From: Candidatus Cloacimonadales bacterium
GTDB taxonomy: Bacteria > Cloacimonadota > Cloacimonadia > Cloacimonadales > JAFGVF01
Length of the DNA stretch: 64,000 nucleotides
NCBI GenBank assembly: GCA_963662585.1
Contig: OY759729.1
Coordinates: forward strand, 224,001 to 288,000
Direction of reading: 5' to 3'
How positions within the stretch are numbered: position 1 is the stretch's first letter; the number at the start of each line of letters is the position of its first letter. Below are positions 47,940-58,093 of the stretch, one piece after another. A program made the position numbers and the translations under genes. The notes under the pieces are model-generated. The model worked only from the letters and a program-made list of their open reading frames with translations. It was not told the DNA's origin and searched no databases.

Positions 47940-50408
47940 ATGAAATATTATAAACAAAGAACAATAAAAAAAATAATCATAATATCTTTAATTCTCTGGA
48001 TTTCTCTTTTCTTGCATAGTCAAGAAAGTCCAGATACTTTAGCAGAAAGTAATAGTGATAACATTATTCAATCTACTGCTATAGATACTATTAGTACGGC
48101 TATAGATAGCCTCAAAAGTGATGAGAAATATGAAGAATACACTCAATCTGATTCCTTACAGTATTCAGGTAAAAGATCTTCTTTCAATCTTACAGAAGAG
48201 ACCATCTCTCTTGCTGGTAATGCTAAAATTTCTTATCAAGATATCTTCATTGAGGCAGATTCACTACATTTAAATCTAGATAATAAGAATGCCTTTTCAT
48301 CTGGCGATGCTATGATTAAGCAGGCTGGACAAGTTTTTTTAAGCAAAGATATCAGAATGGATGTAGATTCTAAAAGAGGTATTTTAGAAAATGCTGCAGG
48401 ATCTATGGAGCAAGGTTTTATTTATGGTTCACAAATTAGAAAAATAGATGATAAAGTCTATGATGTTGATGATGGTATTTTCACAACTTGCGATGATATC
48501 GACCCTCATTTTTATATAAAATCAAAAAAATTAAGAATATTCCTAAATGATTCAATAGCAGGACGGCCAATAGTTTATTATGTAAATCATTTCCCTGTAA
48601 TGGCTCTTCCTTTTGCTGCCTTTAGCATTGAAAGAGGTAGAAACAATGGCTTCTTAATACCCCAACCTGGTTGGAATAACAGCGAAGGAAAGTACTTAAA
48701 GAATATCGCTTATTATTATGCTTACAAAGATTACTTCGAGAACAAAGTTGCTTTTGATTTTTATGAGAAAAAAGGATGGAATTTCAGTATAACCAATCGA
48801 TATATCGTTAGATACATCTTCAATGGTGGAGTTAATTTTAATTATAGAAAAAGGGATTATAACAATAACACAGCTACAGATTGGTCATTATTAGCCAATC
48901 ATAGACATACCCTTAAGAACAACTCATCTTTTATTGCTAATATTAATTATGCAACCAGTGAAGTGATCTGGGAAAATAGTACTGATATAGATGACAGACT
49001 TACTGAATCAATCTCTTCATCAGCGACTTATTCCAAGGGTTTTGATAACTCTACAATTAATGTTTCAGGTTTTTATAGTGAGAACTTTGTTACGAATACT
49101 AAAACGATTACCTTACCAAGTCTTAGATACTCAGAATCAACAACCCCCATCTATGAGTTGATTGGCTTAAGCAATAGTGATGTGAAAGATGCCTGGTGGA
49201 AATCCCTATCTTATAATTATAATTTAACAGCTACTCACTCTGGAACTGTGAAAAATGAGGATTCATCGCTATCTGACTTACTTTGGAGTAACGAAACATA
49301 TACTGATTCATTAGGCAATGAAGAAGTCATAAATCAACATAATGCTGGTGCTCTCCACAACTTATCATTTAATTTTAGTCCAACTATTTCACCCTACTTC
49401 ACCCTTTCTCAATCAATGAACTTTAGGGAGGCCTGGTTCGATAGAACTAAGAAAGATAATGGCTTTGCTCGTGGACATTCCTACTCTTTTAATACTTCAG
49501 CATCTACTAAATTCTATGGATTAAAAAGATTCAATAATTCTACTGTAAAAGCAGTCAGACATGTTCTTAGTCCAAGAGTTAGTTTTGCTTATACTCCTGA
49601 TTTTTCTCTAAATGATGACTTTTATTCTTTCTCAGGAATAAGTTTATCAAGTGGTAAAAGAAGAAGAAGTCTTAACTTTACTTTAGGACAAATCTGGCAA
49701 ATTAAATACTATGACAGACTTACAGAATCTGAAAAGAAGTTAAATAACCTATTATCTATGAATAGTTCTTTTAGTTATGATTTAGAAAAAGAAACTCAAA
49801 AAATGTCAAGAATTAGTCATAGCTTGAAATTTAGTCCAAACGCCTATAATTCTCATAATATTCAATTTAATTATAATAATTCCATATCATTTAATCATGA
49901 TTTCTATAAGAGGACATGGGGTGATCTCAAGTTGGAGAATTGGAGATTTAATCAGTCCTTAGCTTTATCGGGCAATATGAGATACTTTAATTACTTCCCA
50001 AGGCCTCAGAATCCACTTAAAACGGGTCAGCGTTCTCTTCAAGATACTATTAAATATGCCGAACTAGATTGGGATTATTATGAATCTTCTTCAGAGAAAA
50101 AAAACTGGTCACTCACTTTTACTCATGCTTTATCATTTAAAAAGGATTATATGGATCCTCAATCAAATAGTCTAAATATTGCCCTAGATATGCATCTAAC
50201 ATCAAATTGGCATTTAGGTTATTCTAATAGAATTAATGTTTTAACAGATAAAATACTTTCTCAGAATCTATCCTTAAGACGAGATTTACATTGCTGGAAT
50301 CTAACCTTTGATTATAGTAGATCTAATGAATTCTGGGAATATAAAGTTGTTTTAACCAACAACAAACTTAGTGATATTCTTAAATTCCCATTTGAATCGA
50401 GAAGATAA
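47940..50408 (+). CDS. lptD: Putative LPS-assembly protein LptD (FCB type)
   Basis: L.GNAKI.Y..I..AD, FTTCD..PHFYI, GFLIP, VRHVLSP..SF.YTPD, RDLHCW. Confidence 0.8.
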   Translation: MKYYKQRTIKKIIIISLILWISLFLHSQESPDTLAESNSDNIIQSTAIDTISTAIDSLKSDEKYEEYTQSDSLQYSGKRSSFNLTEETISLAGNAKISYQDIFIEADSLHLNLDNKNAFSSGDAMIKQAGQVFLSKDIRMDVDSKRGILENAAGSMEQGFIYGSQIRKIDDKVYDVDDGIFTTCDDIDPHFYIKSKKLRIFLNDSIAGRPIVYYVNHFPVMALPFAAFSIERGRNNGFLIPQPGWNNSEGKYLKNIAYYYAYKDYFENKVAFDFYEKKGWNFSITNRYIVRYIFNGGVNFNYRKRDYNNNTATDWSLLANHRHTLKNNSSFIANINYATSEVIWENSTDIDDRLTESISSSATYSKGFDNSTINVSGFYSENFVTNTKTITLPSLRYSESTTPIYELIGLSNSDVKDAWWKSLSYNYNLTATHSGTVKNEDSSLSDLLWSNETYTDSLGNEEVINQHNAGALHNLSFNFSPTISPYFTLSQSMNFREAWFDRTKKDNGFARGHSYSFNTSASTKFYGLKRFNNSTVKAVRHVLSPRVSFAYTPDFSLNDDFYSFSGISLSSGKRRRSLNFTLGQIWQIKYYDRLTESEKKLNNLLSMNSSFSYDLEKETQKMSRISHSLKFSPNAYNSHNIQFNYNNSISFNHDFYKRTWGDLKLENWRFNQSLALSGNMRYFNYFPRPQNPLKTGQRSLQDTIKYAELDWDYYESSSEKKNWSLTFTHALSFKKDYMDPQSNSLNIALDMHLTSNWHLGYSNRINVLTDKILSQNLSLRRDLHCWNLTFDYSRSNEFWEYKVVLTNNKLSDILKFPFESRR

Positions 50409-50980
50409 TGGATAAGGTTATATTCTTAGACCGTGATGGTACAATTAATATCGACGATAAAGGATATATTAGCAATCCTAATGACATGACTCTCTTTGCC
50501 AACACAGCAAAAGCAATTCGCTTATTTAATGAATTGAACTATAAAGTAGTAATCGTGACAAATCAATCAGGTATTGCTAGAGGGTATTTTACCTTAAGTG
50601 ATGTGACAAAGATACATGATAAGATGATTACTGAACTTACTAAAGAGAATGCTATTATCGATGATATTCTAATTTCACCTTACCACCCTAAAGGGGTAGT
50701 TGAACCATATAATATAGCACATGAGGATAGAAAACCTGGCATAGGTTTGTTAAAAAAGTATAATGCAATTAATAATATTAAAACTTCAAAATCCTTTGTA
50801 ATCGGTGATAAAGCATCGGATATTGAATTGGGAAAGAACTTTCACCTAAATACAATATTAGTTCTTACTGGTGAAGGTGAAAGAACATTCCTAAACAGAA
50901 ACAATTTATCCCTTCAACCTGACTTTGTGGTTAAGGATTTATGGGAAGCAGCAAAAATAATAAAAATCTTAGATAAATAA
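50408..50980 (+). CDS. gmhB: D-glycero-D-manno-heptose 1,7-bisphosphate phosphatase (HAD)
   Basis: FLDRDGTIN, VTNQSGIARG, RKPG.G, IGDK.SD, LVLTG.G. Confidence 0.9.
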   Translation: MDKVIFLDRDGTINIDDKGYISNPNDMTLFANTAKAIRLFNELNYKVVIVTNQSGIARGYFTLSDVTKIHDKMITELTKENAIIDDILISPYHPKGVVEPYNIAHEDRKPGIGLLKKYNAINNIKTSKSFVIGDKASDIELGKNFHLNTILVLTGEGERTFLNRNNLSLQPDFVVKDLWEAAKIIKILDK

Positions 50981-50996
50981 AAAAGGAGACTACAAG

Positions 50997-52472
50997 ATGA
51001 AGAGAATTATTTTTTTTCTCTTGATTGTTAGTGTTATTTCACTCTCAGGTATTGAGTTTGAGAACATAGGTAAACAAATCAAAGAGATTAATCTTGAAAA
51101 TGGAGCAAAACTTCTTCTATTAGAAGATGATTCAGCCCCTATAGTTCATTGTGTAACAGTTGCTAATGTAGGCGGTGTTGACGAAGTTCCTGGTATTACA
51201 GGAATCGCTCACTTCTTAGAGCATTTAGCTTTTAAAGGAACTTCAAAAATTGGAACATCTAATTATGAAGCAGAAAAGTTAATTTTAGATAAAGAAGATG
51301 CTTTATTTTCCAAGCTTTTAGAAGCCAAAGAGAATAACAATGAAGAATTAGTTGCCCAATATCAAGCTAAATTAGCTGAGTTAGAAGTTGAAGCTTCTAA
51401 ATATGTGGTAAATAATGAATTTAGTAGAATTTATACTCAAAACGGTGGACAGAACTTCAATGCAGGTACTTCCCAAGATTTCACAATGTATCAAATCAGC
51501 TTGCCATCAAACAAACTAGAGTTATGGTTTGCGATGGAGTCAGAGAGATTTTCTGACCCTGTATTCAGAGAATTTTATAAAGAGAGACAAGTTATTTTAG
51601 ATGAAAGATTAATGAGAGAAGTTAATGATCCTCAAGGTCAAGTAATGAAAAAGATGATGAATACCGCTTTCGAAGTTCATCCTTATAAATATACCACTAT
51701 TGGTGAAAAAGAAGATATCGAAAATATCACTCGTCAAGATGTTAAAGACTTCTTTAATAGATATTATGGAGCTCAAAACTTAACTTTTATTCTTTATGGT
51801 GATTTTGATGAAAAACAAGCTGTTTCATTTGCTAACGAATATCTTTCACAAATCCCTGCTAGAGAGAAATCACTTCCTCTAGCTGTTAAAGAACCTGAGC
51901 AAACTGAAGAGAAAAGATTCACAGTTGATTACGACGCAACTCCAATGCTAATGATCTCTTACCATGTCCCTGCCGCAAGTCATCCAGATAATGAAGCTAT
52001 TGAAGCTCTCGCTGCAATTTTCGGACAAAATGCAACTTCTCCATTAATCAAAAAGTTAGTTTATGAGAAGAAATTAGCCCTTTATGCCTACTCTTTTTCC
52101 GGTCTTCCAGGTTCAAAATATGACAACCTCTTTAGCATAGTTCTCGCTCCTAACAGTGGAGTTGATGTAAATGATTGTATTGCTGAAATTGATAATATCA
52201 TTTCAGATTTCTTAGTTACTGGAATTACTAATAAAGAACTAGAATCATATAGAAAAAACTCTAAAAAGAGATATATCTCCCAATTAGATACAGGCATATA
52301 CCTTCCAATCCAAATTGGTCTTATGAATGTTATCACTGGAGATTATAGAGATTTCTTCAAGACTTTAGAGAATATTGATTCTTTAAAAAATGATGACATT
52401 GTTAATGTAGCTAAAAAGTACCTTGTTCAAAGTAATAGAACTATTGGTATTTTAGAAAAGGCAGGTGAATAA
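50997..52472 (+). CDS. M16 zinc metallopeptidase, catalytic subunit, secreted
   Basis: Inverted zinc motif HFLEH in TGIAHFLEHLAFKGT; NAGT, ERQVILDER, HPY. Confidence 0.9.
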   Translation: MKRIIFFLLIVSVISLSGIEFENIGKQIKEINLENGAKLLLLEDDSAPIVHCVTVANVGGVDEVPGITGIAHFLEHLAFKGTSKIGTSNYEAEKLILDKEDALFSKLLEAKENNNEELVAQYQAKLAELEVEASKYVVNNEFSRIYTQNGGQNFNAGTSQDFTMYQISLPSNKLELWFAMESERFSDPVFREFYKERQVILDERLMREVNDPQGQVMKKMMNTAFEVHPYKYTTIGEKEDIENITRQDVKDFFNRYYGAQNLTFILYGDFDEKQAVSFANEYLSQIPAREKSLPLAVKEPEQTEEKRFTVDYDATPMLMISYHVPAASHPDNEAIEALAAIFGQNATSPLIKKLVYEKKLALYAYSFSGLPGSKYDNLFSIVLAPNSGVDVNDCIAEIDNIISDFLVTGITNKELESYRKNSKKRYISQLDTGIYLPIQIGLMNVITGDYRDFFKTLENIDSLKNDDIVNVAKKYLVQSNRTIGILEKAGE

Positions 52473-52474
52473 TT

Positions 52475-54565
52475 ATGAAAAAGATAATCATATTACTAAT
52501 AATAGCTGTTATTTTTCTTGCAGGTTGTTCTTCTAATAAATTAAGAACTATTGATAAGTTAAAATACCCACCTTTAAACGAAATTAAAGTTCCAAATGTG
52601 GTAACCCATACTTTAAGTAATGGAATGCAAGTTTATTTCTTAGTAGATAATATATTACCTATAGTCAGAGTTGAAGCTCAAGCCCATTGTGGATCTGTTA
52701 CAGACCCGATTGATAAAATAGGTTTAGCTTCATTAGCTAGTGAAAGTATTTCTTTAAGCTCAAAAGAATACTCTGCTGATGAATTAAAAGAGATTTTAAA
52801 CAATAATGCTTTATCACTTAGCAGTAGTGCAAGTTCTAGACACTCTTCTGTTGCAATCAATTACTTAACTGAAGATAATGACTTAGCCTTAAATATCTTT
52901 GCTGATATTTTACAAAATCCTACTTTTGATGAAGAAGAGTTTGAAACACAAAAGACAAGAACAGTATCAGGTATCTATCGTAGAAACGATGAAGCTTCTT
53001 CAATAGCATTCAGAGAATTCCAAAAAATAATTTTTGGTAAAGATTATCCATTGAACTATCAAGAAGAAATCTACACTGTTAATAGTATTACTAGAGAAGA
53101 TGTTCAAAAATTCTATTCAGAGAATTTCTATCCAAAAAATATTAAACTTACTATTCATGGTGATTTTGATATAGACGAGATGAAACAACTTTTAGAGTAC
53201 CACTTTGCGACCTGGCATTCACCTTTAGATTATAGAAAAATATCTATCCCTGAAGCAAAAACTGATAGTGATACCAATGTATTTGTTGTTGATAAGCAAG
53301 ATGCTTCTCAAACATGGGTTCTTATTGGACATAGATCTAATCTCCTTCTTAATGATGATGATTACGCTCCTATGGTTCTCCTGAATGAGATTCTTGGTGG
53401 TGGCTTTAATAGCCGTGTTTATAAATCTGTCAGAGTTGAAAAGGGTTATTCCTACTCACCTGCGGCCTTCTTATCAGTATCTTTCGCTACTCCAGGTGCT
53501 CTTTACTTACTTGCCCCAACAGCTACGGAGCACACTCTTAAAGCTGCTCAAGCGCTTGTGGAAGAAGTAAGAATCATCACTAAGGATAAAGTAACTCAAG
53601 AAGAATTAGATTTTGCTAAAGACTCTTATTTTAACTCTTATGTTTTCAAATATGAAAAACCAGAATATACTCTATATTCTATCAAGAATTATGATTATTA
53701 CGGCTATGATAGAAACTTTTCTAACATATTAAAAAAGAAAATAGAAAAAGTTACTGTTGATGACATTTATCGTGTAGCTCAAAAATATCTCAAACCTGAC
53801 GAATTAATCTATCTATTTGTTGGAAATAAAGATGAGTTTATTGATGATGTTACTCCGCTTGGTAAAGTTGAAGTTTTAGATGTTTCAATAAAAGAGACTA
53901 GAGAAGGTGAAGTTCTTGATTATGCAAAAGGTAAAGAAGTTTTCTTCAAATTTTTAAATACAGTTAAAAGTAAGAAACTTATAAACTCAATATCTACCCT
54001 AAGCACTATCACTTCTTCAACTCCTATGGGAGATTTAAATATGGATAAAACGACTCATATTATTTTCCCAGATAAAATTTCAGATAGCATTAATTCTCCT
54101 ATGGGAAACATCTCAACTATTATTAACAATGGTAAAGGTGTCCAAGTAGTTCCTGGAAGAAATATGCCTCTTGAAGATACTCAGTTAACAGCAATAATCG
54201 ATCAGATTCAATTCTCATATTTTGGTTGGTTAAATGATCCATCAAAACTTAGTATTGGTTATCTTCAAGATGAAATTATTGATGATAAAGAGTATCAAGT
54301 GGTAAAGATAGAATATAAAGATTCTAGTATGAAACTCTGGTTTAACAAAGCAACTCATTTACCTGATTTCTCTATCGAGAATATGGAATCTCCTCAAGGA
54401 ATGCTACAGGTAAAAAGTAGTTTTTCAAATTATGAATTACAAGAATCAGTGCTTTGTCCGATGAAAATTGAAATCAACTTAGTTGATGGTACACCAATCA
54501 ATACAACTATCTATAAATCAATCAAATTTAATGCTGAAATTTCAGAAGATAATTTTGATTTCTAA
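52475..54565 (+). CDS. M16 peptidase non-catalytic subunit, lipoprotein, with an extra C-terminal beta-rich domain
   Basis: Lipobox LAGC; no HxxEH; ILGGGFNSRVY..VR.EKGYSY; about 230-aa C-terminal extension. Confidence 0.85.
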   Translation: MKKIIILLIIAVIFLAGCSSNKLRTIDKLKYPPLNEIKVPNVVTHTLSNGMQVYFLVDNILPIVRVEAQAHCGSVTDPIDKIGLASLASESISLSSKEYSADELKEILNNNALSLSSSASSRHSSVAINYLTEDNDLALNIFADILQNPTFDEEEFETQKTRTVSGIYRRNDEASSIAFREFQKIIFGKDYPLNYQEEIYTVNSITREDVQKFYSENFYPKNIKLTIHGDFDIDEMKQLLEYHFATWHSPLDYRKISIPEAKTDSDTNVFVVDKQDASQTWVLIGHRSNLLLNDDDYAPMVLLNEILGGGFNSRVYKSVRVEKGYSYSPAAFLSVSFATPGALYLLAPTATEHTLKAAQALVEEVRIITKDKVTQEELDFAKDSYFNSYVFKYEKPEYTLYSIKNYDYYGYDRNFSNILKKKIEKVTVDDIYRVAQKYLKPDELIYLFVGNKDEFIDDVTPLGKVEVLDVSIKETREGEVLDYAKGKEVFFKFLNTVKSKKLINSISTLSTITSSTPMGDLNMDKTTHIIFPDKISDSINSPMGNISTIINNGKGVQVVPGRNMPLEDTQLTAIIDQIQFSYFGWLNDPSKLSIGYLQDEIIDDKEYQVVKIEYKDSSMKLWFNKATHLPDFSIENMESPQGMLQVKSSFSNYELQESVLCPMKIEINLVDGTPINTTIYKSIKFNAEISEDNFDF

Positions 54566-54583
54566 TTGATAAAAATATAACTT

Positions 54584-54614
54584 AAAAGAGAAGCTATCTA
54601 GCTTCTCTTTTTTT
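54584..54614. terminator. Bidirectional terminator between convergent genes
   Basis: AAAAGAGAAGCTA-TC-TAGCTTCTCTTTTTTT. Confidence 0.85.
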
Positions 54615-54650
54615 AGTTCTATAATCTACTAGCTATAAACAAATCATATT

Positions 54651-55211
54651 TTATTCTACTATAATTATTATTATCTGTGATTCCTCTAAGCCCTGCAGTT
54701 GCATTGTCTCTTGATAATCATCAAAAATTAATAATTCACTTGGATTGATTTCTTGCTTCCCGTTTTTATCTATTAACTTACCACTGATTAAATAAAGTCC
54801 AACTAAACTTGTATTTTTAGTAAATTCTAAGGAAAATTCCTTATTTAATGGTATATTTTTATATTTTAATTCACCCTTTAACGATTTTGATGTCATAAGA
54901 TTAAAATCTACAACTTTACCTTTTGCTGAAGTATCCCAAGCTCCCTCGAAATAATCACAATCATATTGGGAGAGTATCTTAGAATATTTATCTTGGTGAT
55001 TAATCTCTAATTCTCCACTAATAATCATTAAAACTCGATTATAATCTGGGAGTTTAGTAAAAATAGACTCTTCGACATCTACTGTTGCAGAGCTAATTCT
55101 TATCTTAAAATCTCTCTCTTGATATGAGGATTCCGGAGGATAAATAAATAGTTCAGTAGTAGTTCCCCCACTCCACCTACTTAATTTATAATCAGATTTA
55201 TTAATTATCAT
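54651..55211 (-). CDS. HutD/Ves-family cupin protein
   Basis: WSGGTTTEL.IYP, RDF..RISSATV, FTKLP.YNR, F.G.W, DFNLM. Confidence 0.85.
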   Translation of the reverse strand: MIINKSDYKLSRWSGGTTTELFIYPPESSYQERDFKIRISSATVDVEESIFTKLPDYNRVLMIISGELEINHQDKYSKILSQYDCDYFEGAWDTSAKGKVVDFNLMTSKSLKGELKYKNIPLNKEFSLEFTKNTSLVGLYLISGKLIDKNGKQEINPSELLIFDDYQETMQLQGLEESQIIIIIVE

Positions 55212-55881
55212 TTTTGTAAGGAATTGGGTCGGTTAGACCTGCTTCTTGAAAAGCTTTTAGTCTTAGGTAACAAGAATCACAGCTACCACAAGCAAGTTCA
55301 TTATCACGATAACAGCTCCAGGAAAACTCAAATGGAGTATTTAGTTCTTTTCCAATACTTACTATTTGGCCTTTAGTTTTATGAATGATAGGAGTTTTTA
55401 TCACTATCTTGGTTTCATCTTTTGTTCCTAAATCTATAGCCTTATTTAGGGCTTGATAAAAAGATTCACGACAATCAGGATAACCAGAGCTATCTTCTTC
55501 AACAGCTCCTATATAGATGCTTTGAGCTCCTATTACTTCAGCCCAAGAAGTTGCGATTACTATTAAATTACCGTTTCTAAAAGGAACATAAGTATCCGGA
55601 ACTTGGTTAGCATTAGTGATATCATGGTCTTTAATTTCCTTAGCTGGGTCAATTAAGCTTGTACCACCAATCTTTTCCAGATAACTAAGATCTACATTGA
55701 GAATATCTTTTGGATGATAAAATTGCACTAAATTATCAAAACATTCTTGTTCCTTTAATTCTGTCTTTTGACCATAATTTGCATGTAAAAAATAGAGTTC
55801 ATCGTTTTCTTTATCGGCAATTGCTGCTGTTACCAGACTATCCATACCACCACTTAACAATATTACTGCTTTTTTTATCAT
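55201..55881 (-). CDS. queC: 7-cyano-7-deazaguanine synthase
   Basis: AVILLSGGMDS, YGQ, TYVPFRN, GYPDCR, SCY..ACGSCDSC.LR. ATG 55881 overlaps the upstream stop (ATGA). Confidence 0.95.
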   Translation of the reverse strand: MIKKAVILLSGGMDSLVTAAIADKENDELYFLHANYGQKTELKEQECFDNLVQFYHPKDILNVDLSYLEKIGGTSLIDPAKEIKDHDITNANQVPDTYVPFRNGNLIVIATSWAEVIGAQSIYIGAVEEDSSGYPDCRESFYQALNKAIDLGTKDETKIVIKTPIIHKTKGQIVSIGKELNTPFEFSWSCYRDNELACGSCDSCYLRLKAFQEAGLTDPIPYKNDN

Positions 55882-56813
55882 TTGAACCAATCCTCATAAG
55901 TTACATCTGTTTCAATCTGTTTTTCTATATTATCATCTAAATTGGGGAAGAAATCTATTTTAGTTCTTTCTTCGACCATATCTATAGAGCAAGCATAGTA
56001 TTTCAATTCTCCATTGTTTTCACCATTAGAAAAGATAAAACCTACACCTTTAATCTCATCACCTGTTAAGTCAGCAACAACTTTATAGAAGTAATTGGGT
56101 ACAGCTACATTGCTCTGCCCTATCTTCTTTTTAACTCCATCAGCGAGAATTGGTCCGGTAACTACAAATACTTTTTCATTTTCCACAGCCCATTTCCTTA
56201 CTTCTTCTTCCAATTCAGCCCAAATCTTCCTATTTAAATCAGGATCCTGAGGTGACATATTACTCATATAGAAGCTTTCTTCCATTGCCTCTTGAGACCA
56301 GCGATTATCTGCTGCAGGACATAAATGACCTCGGTCATAACCACTTTTGTAATAATCCGTAGGTAAGGCAGAAGTTATTGCAGGAGTAGGATCTTTAATA
56401 AACTTATCTTTTCTAGGAACATTTTTATTCAAAACTTCTTCTTTAGTTAATTCGTAAAAAACCCAATCTGCTTGCTCATAATCTTCATTATAATCTAAAC
56501 TATAAGCTAAATGTTCAACAATACCACCATTGCTTAAATCAGATGAAGGATAATAGAATTCAAGGGTCTTACTATCCAAGTTCTCAGTTTGAGCAATACT
56601 GCCTGGTTTTCCTTCTTTGATTTGGTTAATTAAATCATCTTTATCACTGCGATTAAAATAGAAAAAGATAAGGACAGCTATAATTATAATTACTAATGTT
56701 GAGTAACTTAATCTTTTGCTAGATTGTTGTTTGTTACTCTTCTTATTTGTTTTTTTCTTAGCAGGAGTCTTCTTTTTTGGAGAAGATTTGCTTGTAGTTT
56801 TTTTTGTAGCCAT
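55878..56813 (-). CDS. Membrane-anchored DNA/RNA non-specific endonuclease (NucA/EndoG family)
   Basis: Basic N-tail plus TM; GYDRGHLCPAAD, FYMSNMSPQ..LNR.IW..LE, VP..FYKV. Confidence 0.9.
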   Translation of the reverse strand: MATKKTTSKSSPKKKTPAKKKTNKKSNKQQSSKRLSYSTLVIIIIAVLIFFYFNRSDKDDLINQIKEGKPGSIAQTENLDSKTLEFYYPSSDLSNGGIVEHLAYSLDYNEDYEQADWVFYELTKEEVLNKNVPRKDKFIKDPTPAITSALPTDYYKSGYDRGHLCPAADNRWSQEAMEESFYMSNMSPQDPDLNRKIWAELEEEVRKWAVENEKVFVVTGPILADGVKKKIGQSNVAVPNYFYKVVADLTGDEIKGVGFIFSNGENNGELKYYACSIDMVEERTKIDFFPNLDDNIEKQIETDVTYEDWFK

Positions 56814-56824
56814 AAGCTCCTCAT

Positions 56825-58093
56825 TTAATCAAAATAATAAACTGCTTCAATTGGATTCACTTTAGAAGCTTTATAAGCTGGATAGATACCAGATAATATG
56901 CCAATCAAAATGGCAAATCCTAAACCTACTAACACACCTTTAAAGGGTAAATCTAAAGGTACATTCATTGCATTAGAAATTAGTACAACTATTAACTTGG
57001 CTATTGAAATACCTATAGTAGCGCCTATAAGGGTAAGAATAATAGCTTCTGATAACAATAAAGAAAATATATCAAAGTCAGAAGCACCGATACTTTTCCT
57101 AATTCCGATTTCATTCATTCTCTCACTAATAGAGATTAAAAGGGTACTGAATAAACCAATACCTCCTACAAAGAGAGATACAGATGCAATTGCCATGAGG
57201 ATAGTATTCCATTTCCCCAACATTTCATTTAATTGTTGAGTGAATTTTAATATTTCTTCTGGTTCTTCCACGAAATCAAAAGATTCTGTCATATTATGAT
57301 TGATTAACAGAAGTTGTCTTGCTTTATTTCTGTTAAAGATGAATTGATCAGCATTTTCAGATTGAACATATATTTCTTCCACTGCTTGATTAGATGAATA
57401 ATACTTAACTCCAGTTGCAAGAGGAATAAAGATGGATTTTAAATCCCAGCGTCTCTCCCATTGATTAAAGTCAAATTCACTTTTTTCACCTGGTTTTTCC
57501 CCGACTATCCCAATTATGGTATATCGATAATCACCAAGTGTCAGTTTTTTGCCAATGATATTAGGATCTGAGTTCATATTATCTTCCCAAAAACCATTAC
57601 CAACTAAACAGACACTTGCTTCTCTTCTTTCATCTAAATTATTGAAGTTTCTACCCTTTAGTATAAAATACTTTTTAAAATTAAAATAATCAACATTAGT
57701 CGCTTTAATCCTAGTCCACCGTGAAATTTTGCTATGCCTGTCATAAGAAGAACTAGAAACCATAGCATAGATAAATTTCGCATCTAATTTTTCTTTCAAC
57801 GAGTAGAAATCATTGATATTTATAGGTTTAGCCTCTCGTTTTTCTTGCCGTCTTACCCACCAACGATTATGGTCATCACTGTTATTATCAGTTTTAGTGG
57901 TTACTGTAAATGAGTTATCCCAACCCATGTTACCTACACTCGTGTTGATTGCAGCTTTTACACCATCCACAGCCGAGAAAATAGAAACAACAGCTAACAC
58001 TCCGATAATCAAGCCCAACAATGTTAAAAGTGTTCTTATTTTATGGGATAAGATAATTGTTAGGCTACTCCGGATATTATTGGAAAGAAGCAT
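56825..58093 (-). CDS. MacB/FtsX-type ABC transporter permease
   Basis: K.RTLLTLLGLIIGV, ISERMNEIGIRKSIGA, GIYPAYKASKVNPIEA. ATG 58093 overlaps the topA stop (TAATG). Confidence 0.88.
   Translation of the reverse strand: MLLSNNIRSSLTIILSHKIRTLLTLLGLIIGVLAVVSIFSAVDGVKAAINTSVGNMGWDNSFTVTTKTDNNSDDHNRWWVRRQEKREAKPININDFYSLKEKLDAKFIYAMVSSSSYDRHSKISRWTRIKATNVDYFNFKKYFILKGRNFNNLDERREASVCLVGNGFWEDNMNSDPNIIGKKLTLGDYRYTIIGIVGEKPGEKSEFDFNQWERRWDLKSIFIPLATGVKYYSSNQAVEEIYVQSENADQFIFNRNKARQLLLINHNMTESFDFVEEPEEILKFTQQLNEMLGKWNTILMAIASVSLFVGGIGLFSTLLISISERMNEIGIRKSIGASDFDIFSLLLSEAIILTLIGATIGISIAKLIVVLISNAMNVPLDLPFKGVLVGLGFAILIGILSGIYPAYKASKVNPIEAVYYFD

Noticed and set aside
55201..56813. queC plus nuclease as a Qat/Dpd-type defence system
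   Set aside because: QueC is canonical in length and motifs, the nuclease is an exported NucA type, both lie in the secA-topA housekeeping run, and no ATPase, TatD or dpd partners are seen.
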